Made by a program: the position numbers and the translations under genes. DNA of 64,000 nucleotides from Veleropilina oligotropha (Eukaryota): NCBI GenBank assembly GCA_048128005.1, contig JBEUKZ010000064.1, positions 1 through 64,000 on the forward strand. Direction: 5' to 3'. Within the stretch, counting starts at the first letter, position 1. The number at the start of each line of letters is the position of its first letter. Below are positions 53,601 through 64,000 of this stretch, in pieces. The notes under the pieces were generated by a model, which saw only the letters and a program-made list of their open reading frames with translations, was not told the DNA's origin and made no database searches.

Positions 53601-55526
53601 AGCACTGTGTATTATTCGTCGTATTACACGTGTGTCAAAAGCCATATCGAAATGCGATTGGCTGTCTACAAAGAGGCCTAAAAGTAACCAATAACAAGAA
53701 CGACGCGTTCGAAATATGTCTTGACCTTTCTTTATTTCCCTCAAATTTTCATAACAGTTAATACAATGGCTAAGTGCAATACTTCATGCCTTAATTTACT
53801 ACCCCGTCGATTATGACGTCACCAAATGACGATTAATCTAAAGCGACGTCGTAATGACGTCATTGCTATTTGCTTGCAATATTAGACATCAGTTATATAC
53901 ATATATGGATAAAAGTGCTCAATAAATGCATATTTTTGCAAAATTGTGTCGCGAAAGTTATATACACGACCTACAAATACTCTTGGGAATGTGTGTACCA
54001 ATTTTGGTGAAAATTGAGCGGGCAGTTTTCAAATAAATCGACGGAGATATATATATATATATATAAGTATATAAGTATATAAGTATATAAGTATATAAGT
54101 ATATAAGTATATAAGTATATAAGTATATAAGTATATAAGTATATATGTATATACCAACGGACCATTTGATAATGTCTTGTCCTTTTTTACAAAAAGGTCA
54201 AGACATAAAAACGCAAGTAACGAAACGTCATCCGAAAAATTGCCTTATATATAAACGATTCTGGCCAAACTCAATCCAAAACGTAATCGACGATAACGTG
54301 TCGCATATAGATTTTTGGATTACCGTTGTAAATTTTAATCACAAATAGTATTCATTATTCTCTTTCATTTAGATAACATATATAAAATTTTAGCATTTTA
54401 TCTTCACATATTTGCTTGTTAATCTTTAATTATACTTTTACAAGAACGTAAACATTGTATTTCGTAGCAAATTTCACTATTTTAGTATTGCGTGAGTATT
54501 ACGTCATTCCATCTTACTTACAATGCGCCGTAGTGTCAACGTCGCTACTGTCTAATAGCGAAGTCGTGAATTGTTTTAAATTAATTTGATAAAAAACAGA
54601 CATGTGATAAATAGAACATCACATTCGTGATGGTGTAATATCACATTTATGAAACTCGTTTAACTAATTTTCATATTTTCCTCGGCAAAGCGTCGGAAAA
54701 TATGAAAATTAGTTAAACTCGTTTCATAAATGTGATATTACACTACCACTCATGTGAGATCCTCTATATACGCAACTTTCACAAGCATCCTCAGTAATAT
54801 CATTGATTATTGTAATTGATGGATTCATCGTAAAGTTTGTATTATCAATAGGTTCACTGTTTATTTGAATAATGACCCAAAGTTCGAAATCAACAGAGTT
54901 CACCTTTTTATGGGGTGGACAATTCTCCCTGTTGTAATGTATATATTAATTACTGTACAGTTAAACAAGAGAGTATGGTATGGGACATGTAATGATAAAA
55001 AGATGCGAGGGAATATTTTTACGTTTTTACTTTGGACGCAATCCAATTTCATACTATGTATATGCCTGTCATAATTAAATAGCAGTATTGGCCTACGCAA
55101 ATATGAAAACATAAAACGACACGTCATTAACATATCTATCTAACCTGGCTTCAAAGGTTTGAGGTCAAGAATATTTTCACGAATTCATGGCGGCCATCTT
55201 GGATTTCGTCCATTTTGACGTGAAAGTCATATTTTCGTAATTTTTTCAAAGAGAAATTGCCGAATCTGCTTCCTGGTGCTTTAAAACAAGCAAAACGACA
55301 TATTATTCATGTATGTATCAATTCTGACCGAAAAGATATGAGATACAGAATATTATCATTATTCGATGGCGGTCATCTTGGATTACGTCATATTACTACC
55401 TATTAGGGGTCTCAAAAGAAATGCAACCCTATTTTTTCTTAATTCTTATGTTATTTTAAAGCAGAATCCAGTGATAAATCACTTTTAACAAACAAAATAC
55501 ACGAAATTACATAAGAGCGTACATTA
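50676..55526 (-). mobile_element. Academ-like non-autonomous TIR element, family 2, copy A
   Basis: Left end TAGTGTAGGCCC, right end gagcgtacatta; TIR ~350 bp with tccaagatggccgccat subrepeats; 3-bp TSD TAT (50673-50675, 55527-55529); decayed coding-like interior on minus strand. Confidence 0.8.
53566..54767. mobile_element. Insertion with asymmetric inverted repeat and terminal ~155-bp hairpin (Crypton/Helentron-like, unclassified)
   Basis: Absent from sister copy B (junction at ~61176); atttatcacatgtct at 53566 is inverted at 54598-54612; hairpin 54611-54767; internal (TATATAAG)n at ~54058-54145. Confidence 0.7.
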
Positions 55527-55739
55527 TATACTAGTAAGTATAGTAATTATATGTTTTATGTCTCTATTTTATTTTATTAAAATAGTATGTGCCACATGAC
55601 ACAACGGTTAATAAGCCTAGATTTTTGTCGCATGATGGCTGCACCTGTTAAGTTGTAATTGCAATATGTTGCAACTTTTACATCTGCAAGGCGACTCCAC
55701 CCCAAGAGTCCGCGCCCGTACATATTTAAATAGATTTAA

Positions 55740-57005
55740 ATAGATTTTACTGTCATTCATAATAAAATTCTTTGTAGTTTTCTTGTCATCTCCAAGCTGC
55801 CCTGCTTCTTAACATGCTCATTTATACGATTTTAAAATTCGTTTACAAATGTCGATTCCGTCAAATTATGAGGAAGATTATTCCATTCATCGACAACCCG
55901 ATTTGAGAAATAACGTCTAGTCGGAATCGTTTTTTTGTAAATGTTGTATCGATTTTCCCAAGCATGCCTTTGGTTCATCTGAAAAATAAACTATTGTCAA
56001 CTTTGTCTTTTCCTGTAAACAATTTAAACACCTGAATTATATCACCCTTTATCCTTCTCAAAGATAGTGTTGTGAGGTTGAGTGCTCTTCATCTGTCTTC
56101 GTATGGCAATTCCCTCAATTCGCCTATCAATTTTGTGGCTCTTCTTTGGACTTGTTCTAGAATTGTATATCCTTCGCAGGATATGGACACCATGCCTGCA
56201 CTGCATATATTAAATGCGGTCTAACCATTTGCTTCTCTGGGCGTGTAATCATGGTTTTGGATTTAAAATTAGATTTTCTCTTTTCCTTCTAAAGTTCCGG
56301 AACCCATTTCATAATTAGAGGTATTGTTGATACAAATTTCGCGAAGATATGATCGATATATGATCAAATGATAGATTTTACGGAAATTATTATTGTAACT
56401 GGTCAATATATATATATATTATTGTCAAATAGAAAGCTATCTTACTTGACGAGCAGAAATCTACGCAACTTTGCTCCAACTATAGTAGGTCAATTGGAAA
56501 TATCACTCGGTGAGAGGTAATTAAAAGCGACCACTTTTAATTATTTTTAAATCTTCATTACCGATTTATTAAAACAGTATCAAATTACTGAGGAAAGTTA
56601 AGTGTTGAAAATTCCTAACTTTTTATGGTATAAACAAAAAGTGTACTGCGTTTAGTTTTCTTTTAAAAAAGAGCGCATTTATACGGCATGCAATAGTCTA
56701 TTTAAGTCACTTTGAAGTTTCTTTGCATCTTCTTCAGTTTCGATAATTCTATGCAATTTTGTATCGTCTGCGAACTTTTTTACTAGAGATGTAATGACGT
56801 TATCAATGTCATTTAAATATAATATTATGAGAAACAACAATGGGCCCAAAACAGAACATTGTGGGACTCCACTTAATAACGGCTCCCACTGACTTAATCC
56901 CATTTATTGCAACCCTCTGTTTTCTAAGTTCTAACCACATACCTATCCAGTTTAGTATTGAGCCTTTTATACCATGATTACTTAATTTTTGTACTAGTCG
57001 TTATA
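55740..57005 (-). mobile_element. CR1 LINE RT fragments in two pieces (55740-56282, 56683-57005)
   Basis: SGVPQCSVLGPLLF, KFADDTKL, LQSDL, and SNRVVDEWNNLP; tail taaatctatttaaatcta. Confidence 0.88.
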
Positions 57006-58679
57006 CGATGCTACTTGGAAATGGATATTTTGCTTTTTAATTTCTAGCCCACAGTTGTATTTCAATGGTAGGCATACTAATACTGTAAACTGGAAATTAG
57101 AGGGATCTTTGCTGCATGTGCTTTTTATATTTCTTAACTTTATGTTCCATGATTGTCCGTGTCTATATGCCTAATTAAATGTATGGTAGACGGAATCGAC
57201 TGACTAATGGTAAAATTATTATTGGAACAACATTCGTCTATTTTATTTACGTATATATCTATATCTAATACATATCCTTTTCAATGACGTCGTCAGGAGT
57301 TGACCTACAGTATATATATTACTATCCGATTGAAGAATATTGAAATCCTGACTGCAGTCGGTCACTGACGGTATGGTAAATTTAGACCATGTTTATGCGG
57401 AATGATGACGAGGCTACTATAGTATATTATAATTATAGCCTACTTCACGACGGAACAGTTGGGGCGAGTACATTCTTGAAGATTTAAAAGTGGGTTCGTA
57501 ACAAATAACCTATTATTGCAATTTCTTACAAAATTTAAAACGTTTGAGAAATTACTTTTTTGTCTCCTGTTTAAGTGCGCTCTTTGGATACACACATCAT
57601 GGAAATTTGAGTTTTAATAAAATATAAGTAAACTATGCCTATCAGAAAGTTTTATAATTCATATAATCGATAGATGGAATTTTATTTGCTCTATTATTTT
57701 GTATTAAAGATACTATTGCCCATAAATGCACTCTTTCTTTTTTAAAAAGAAAACCAACCGCATTACACTTTTTATTTATAACATAAAACGTTAGGAAGTT
57801 TCAACACTCAACTTTCGTCAGTAAATTGCTACCGTTTAAATTAATCGTTACTGAATATTTAAAAATAATTAAACGCGGTCCGGGTTTAATTACCTCGCAT
57901 CGAGTGCATTTCCAATTGACCTAGTTGGAGCACAGTTGCGTATGTTTCTGCTCGTCAAGTAAGATAGCTTTCCATAGTGTAGGCCACTATGTCATAAAAT
58001 GGACTTTCGTGTATTTTGTTTGTTAAAAGTGATTTATCATTTGATTATGCTTTAAAATAATATAAGGAAGAAGAGAGAATAGGATTGCATTTTTTTCGAG
58101 ATCCCTAATAGGTAGTAAATTGACGAAATCCAATATGGCCGCCATGGAACAGTGAAAATATTTTTGGATTCATATCTTTGCCACCAGATTATATAAATAC
58201 ATGAATAACATGTCTCTTTATATGTATACGGATACTAAGAAGTCAATTCTGCCATTTTTCTTTAAAAAATTGCAAGCAAATGAGTTAACGGGCAATCATG
58301 TGTGTCAAAATTAACAAAATTCAAGATGGCCGCCATGGAATAGGGAAAAAATCTTGAACTCATATATTTGCAGACAGATAAGATAGATACCTTAATAATA
58401 TGTTGTTTTGTGTTTTCTTATACTAGAAAGACAATTATGTCATTTATTTTCAAAATAACACAACCAAATCAAGTTGGCAAGCATATATATATATTATTAT
58501 ATATAGAGTACGTTTGGATAACTCAAACGAGTTGCAGATATATATGGCAGAGCACTCAACACTCAACGTTTATAGTGAGTGGAGTTGATATACAATATAC
58601 AATATTAAATATCGCCGTTCGCCCGCCGAGTGCACTATAGCACGAACAGATCTGTCGCGACTATATATATTTAATATTG

Positions 58680-58890
<211 letters not shown>

Positions 58891-59259
58891 TTTGAAAATG
58901 TGACTGCGTCCAAAATGAAATCTTATAAAATATTTTCTCCCGAATTGCCATCAGCTATTTTTCGTTTACTTGTATATACTTTTATTTATTTATGTTTGTT
59001 TTGATACGAGGAAGCCAATTGTGCGTTTGTGCTTTTCAGAAAAATATAAAAATGGCTGATATATAGCCTAGATGTCAAAATGGAGATCTTCCGAAGTTAA
59101 ATTATATTTCCGGCTTTGTTTCAGTATATTTAAATTTTCCAAGTATTAGTGGTAATCACCAAAGCATATATCAACAATGTTAAGCGTTTACAATGCACCA
59201 TTAAAAACCAAGAAGGATCCACACACCGCCCCCAAAATGAGTTTAGTCTTTCATATAGT

Positions 59260-59601
59260 CAGGGCTGAAAATAAGAACAAGGTCTGGAGACCTGTTCACA
59301 GGTTACCTGATTTCCACATGAGGTAACCTGATGGGTTACCTCATGGATTACCCAAATATATGTGATGGGTAACACCCATTAACATTTCACAATTATTTTT
59401 AAGTACCATGGAGATGGACATGGAATATGAAGAGGCAGTGACCAGATTCAGTGACTAGTTTTAATCAAGAAAGACTTAAAATAGCACACAGACTGATAGG
59501 ATACAAAAATCATGGCGACCTTTTTTCCGTTCTCCATGATTGGAGGTTGTGGTAACCTCCAAGTAACCTGAACAATTGGTTTCCACTTGTTTTCAGCTCT
59601 G
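59260..59601. mobile_element. hAT-like MITE nested in copy B
   Basis: TIRs CAGGGCTGAAAATAAG / CTTGTTTTCAGCTCTG, internal ggttacc/ggtaacc motifs; TSD decayed. Confidence 0.6.
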
Positions 59602-62600
59602 CATAGACCAACGATTGTGAACCGCAGATGCAAATAGATAATGTCAAATTCATTCGGTCCAACGCATTATTTTACGTTTAACTCTAGACGGCATCGTAAT
59701 ATGACCATGATCCTCTAGAAAATCCTTAGCTCTTGTTTGACTTACACTAGTTTTTTTATCTCGATGCTGTGGTATTTAACTATTACCACCTACAATACTC
59801 AAATTGTCCTTTTCTTCATTTTGTCACAGAGAGTCGTCCGCCAGTTAGACGTTCCATTACAAATGGTTTAATCTGGTGTCATTCATTGATATCTTTGGAC
59901 ACTTTATATATCATAAATTATTTGCTAATCAGGTTGCGTACAACGTACTATCATACAGGAAAGAGTCTTCGTGTTCGTTGAACATCACAGTGAGTTTGGA
60001 AGCATTATTCATCATTCGGGAAACCACCCACCCTGTGATTTCATGAGGTTGTGTTTCATTGTCATTATCATTACTGTCCTATTCATTCGAAAATTCGTCT
60101 AGTTATTTTGATCACTCTGGTACAATAGGGAATATATTATTAAGTGCCTTCTAGTTTTTAGTTATTCCTACAATTCCCCATTTGACTCATGCTCAATTCA
60201 TGATATGGATGTTATTGATGCCTGCCACAGCTTTCATCTCCCCAGAAGTTCCTTTCATGAATTATTTCCAAAGTTCCCGATGCAGCTTTGCTGTTTCCCT
60301 AATCTATGTCGCTACAGTATGCCTTTTCCAGAGAAACGGATGACAGTTTCAGGAATGCCTTCTCTTCGGGTTCCGTCATGAAGAAACTATACAGATTGTA
60401 GAGAACGATGAGGGTAACCGTGTTCCCTGAGTGATCTACATTATATATTAATATATTATTATGCTTGCCAATGGCATTCAAATTTGAGTTACGGTTGTTG
60501 ATGAGTGCAGTTTAGCCTCCACCCATACCAGGCCTAGTCAATTTCACACCCATCCATGCATATGCATATATATATATATTCAAGTTTCCAGGCTGGAAGA
60601 GAACATTCTCTGATGTCCCTGAATTCCGCCCACAGCTTCATAATCAGGTCATATAACTGCACATCTTTTTTAACACGAGTTGTGATGCCATGTATAAGGT
60701 ATGCAACTCCTTGTGTGTGATCGGATTAATGGAGGGTCAAAGGCAGCATTGGTCCTGTCACTCCTGTGGTTGATGGATGATAGCAAGAAATTGAAAGCCA
60801 CCCGTGATATTTGTACGCTTAGTTGTTGTTTTCATCTTCATCAAAGTTCATGCAACCAGTAATTCAAGGTATAGGTGTTTTCGTATTCATGCCTATAGCC
60901 GGTTTCAATGTGCTCAACATGCCATCTCTCATTCGCTCCATTGTAAAGTTTAACCTTTCAAAGATCAATCAGGATCACTTGGTTGCATCATTGGCGACTT
61001 GTCAGTAGACATGGGATAATATATAGCTATTGGGATACCATGAAGCATGTTCTTCATACCACAAAGGGTTGATCACATGTTTTCTTTACCAAAATACTGA
61101 TCTTTTTGCTCTTTTCTCGAGAAAAAACCAAGAAGACTGCTATTTAGTCAAACATACGCTGACTCATGCTCTCGCCATATACCCAAAGTTCACAATCAAT
61201 GTATCATCAGTAATATCGTTGATTATCGTAATTGATGGATTCATCATCAAGTTTGTATAATCAATTGGTTCACTGTTTATTTGAAAACTGACTCAAAGTT
61301 CGAGATCAACAGAATTCACCAATTTAGAGGCGGAGAATTCACCCTCTTGTAATGTATATAATACTGTACAGTTTAATGAAAAAAAATATTATTTATTACT
61401 AGTTACACGATAAAGATCCGATGAAAATAGGCGATGGAATACTTATACGTTTTTACTTGGGACGCAATCAAATTTCAAACGTATGTATATGCCTGCCAAC
61501 TTTATTTTATTGTCAATAATACTTTATTTTCAATAATTCATGGCGGCCATCTTGGATTTCGTCAATTTGAACACATATATATGCCCGTCAAAGTCATTTC
61601 TTCGTAACTTTTTGAAAGAGAAATTGGCGAATCGGCTTCCTGACGTTTTAAAACAAACAAAACGACACATTATTCATTTATATATATCAATTCTGACCGA
61701 AAATATATGAGATACAGAATAGTTTCACTATTCGATGGCGGCCATCTTGGATTACGTCATATTACTACCTATTAGGGTCTCGAAAAAAATGCAACCCTAT
61801 TTTTTCTTAGTCGTTATATTAATTTAAAGCAGAATACAGTGATAAATCACTTTTAACAAACAAAATACACGAAATTACATTTTGACATAGGCTACACTAC
61901 TACTTGACAATAACATATATTGCCCAGTTACAATAATAATTTCAATAATTTTAAGTCTATCACTTGATCATATATTGATCATATCTTCGCGAAATTTGTA
62001 TCTTTCTGCGCGAACGTGCGATAGAGGGTTGTCAGTCATATGCTACACAGTCCCGAAAAGACGCATTTACGGGCAATAGTTGGCCAAGTACGTCGGGATA
62101 TCAGTGTATTGAAATTTAAAGGCGCCTGACCTATAATATAGGCCTACGTACGCCGGGTCAGTCAGATATTTAATGCAAGCGGTCATACATGCATGTTTAT
62201 ATAAATAGGAAATATTGCATGTCTACTGTGGCTTTGCTCGATGCTTTCCTCAGAATCGTCTAAAATAGTTGACGAAATAAATAGGCGCAAGGCTCTATTA
62301 AATAATCGCCAGGTCTACGAACTTCGAATTATTTAGATTTACGTAGTGCGTACCAATCAACTTGTTGATTAATGTTTCATAGGCCTATATACTATGCGCC
62401 CATAGTCTGCATTCATCTATCAAACTGTTTACTTCATAATGAAACCATTGTACAACAGTTTATTCGGTTACATCGGACCCGCGAAGCATAACGTGACCTC
62501 GGTTTATGTTGTTCTGTGCACAATAGCAAAATCCGCCGCTTGTTCTGCTCTCGTTCACATGCGGTCTTTTGTTATAGTTATACAGTGCATTATGACGGCT

Positions 62601-62739
62601 CTTGGCGCCGAGTATTGAGTGATCTGCATATATTGTAACCTACTTGATATAATGTGGAGGATTGAAATATAATAATTAATTGAAACTGCAGTAAAATATA
62701 ATAAAATATAATAGTTGTTGATAACTGTTGACAACGCCC

Positions 62740-62820
62740 ATTTATTTGTTTACACTTCCGCTTTACCTTTCGCACGCATGCGTTGTGACTTCAATGGCCC
62801 AGGTTCCGTGGCAACGGATA
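62740..62820 (+). promoter_or_regulatory. Putative promoter with RFX X-box, forkhead, ETS and NRF1-like motifs
   Basis: GTTCCGTGGCAAC 62803-62815, TTTGTTTAC ~62745, CACTTCCG 62753, CGCATGCG 62775, 80-150 bp upstream of ATG 62894. Motif match only. Confidence 0.5.
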
Positions 62821-62893
62821 CTAAAATAGTAGTATTAAAATTCAGAGATAAGTATACAATTATATATTATATGGAATAATTGTATAGCACAAC

Positions 62894-62958
62894 ATGACAT
62901 CGAAGCAAACAAAGAAAACTTCTTCTTCGAACAGAGTGAACTCTGCCACGCCGAGAGA
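62894..62958 (+). CDS. Candidate alternative first coding exon H (MTSKQTKKTSSSNRVNSATPR-E/D)
   Basis: In-frame TAG at 62885, aacATG, 21 codons + 2 nt, GA|GTAAGT donor, phase 2. Confidence 0.65.
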
Positions 62959-63387
62959 GTAAGTCAGTTACTGCACCTGTCCGCGTGTAGTTTTCGTTGG
63001 TTACAATATGGCCGACTACATGTCATGATGGTTTTTAATAAATCATTATGCAAGCGTATACATTGCAGTTGGCTACGTATATATGTACCATTTTGAAAAT
63101 TCCAAGAATATTTGTTCCATAATTACAGATTGATGTGAGAATACAGCTTACATCATTAACTTAAATGTACTATATGTAGGCCTACTGCAGTCCTAATATA
63201 CTATGATTATACATGTATGTAGGCTAGTCAGATATGTTTTATGCATTAGCATGAGTCCGTCGTTATTTTGATTAAATAACAATGAAAAACAAGATTAAAG
63301 TTACATATTTATCAAAGAAAGCATCAATCCATCTTCCAAAATACCATAATTGTATCTTTCCTCAAGAGCAATTTTGAAGTATCTCCT

Positions 63388-64000
63388 TCAAATCAAATCA
63401 AATCATTTATTTGCCATCGCACATTTAAATACAATAGAAAATATAGACATTAATATAAAAAAGTATAGACATATTATTGTATTTACAAAAATAATAAAAC
63501 TAAACATGAAATGTAATATGATGTAATGGCAGGGTGTCTCAGGAAACCCTTTCGGGCTTGTGAGGTAAAGACACCCTGATGTTGTATTATTGTTAATTAT
63601 TTCTTGTAGAAAATTGATAAAATTATAGATTAAATTAATAGATTTTGTATATTTTGGTAAATTTTCAAATAATGTTTTCGGTTAGTGAGGTTATGGCAAA
63701 GTTGTATATTGTCTTGAGTTGATTTTAAAACAGGAGATGGTATTTGCATTACGTAAAGTTAATTGCAATGTATTCCAAATTCGTGGTCCCTGTATTTTAA
63801 TTGAAAATAATCTTTTGTTAGTTCTGTAATATGGTATATAGCATTTTATTTATCCATATTGCGTGTGTTGTGTTGGTGTATTTGTGAATTGATTTGAAAA
63901 TAGTCATCGAAAGATGCTGGAAGTAATCCCTTATTGAAATGAATGTATACATGAATATACCAATTTGCATTAGATTGATATCATAAATTTTTAACTGTTT
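63388..64000 (-). mobile_element. LINE (CR1/L2 group) 3' end running off the window
   Basis: Minus strand FSIKIQGPRIWNTL; 3' UTR stem agggtgtct...agacaccct (63531-63577); aataaa followed by (GATTT)n tail. Confidence 0.8.

Overview
AT-rich, repeat-dense eukaryotic DNA. The repeat repertoire (V-SINEs, Academ, Nimb/I, CR1, RTE, Helentron-like elements) suggests a marine invertebrate such as a mollusc or other lophotrochozoan; that is inference. No complete host gene, rRNA, true tRNA or CRISPR array is visible. Most of the window is nested, decayed transposable elements and tandem repeats: three Academ-type DNA transposons with TAG...CTA ends and 3-bp TSDs, PIF/Harbinger derivatives, LINE 3' fragments, SINEs, an 8.7-kb 16-bp satellite and a 3.3-kb 48-bp minisatellite. 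The most interesting signal lies in the unique DNA between repeats. Six strong and two weaker short plus-strand segments each run from an ATG to a GT donor in phase 2, spread from 1.2 kb to 63 kb. They are mutually non-homologous and mostly encode basic, Ser-rich peptides. This looks like a large array of alternative first exons for one gene whose shared exons lie downstream of the window. The gene cannot be identified from this window.
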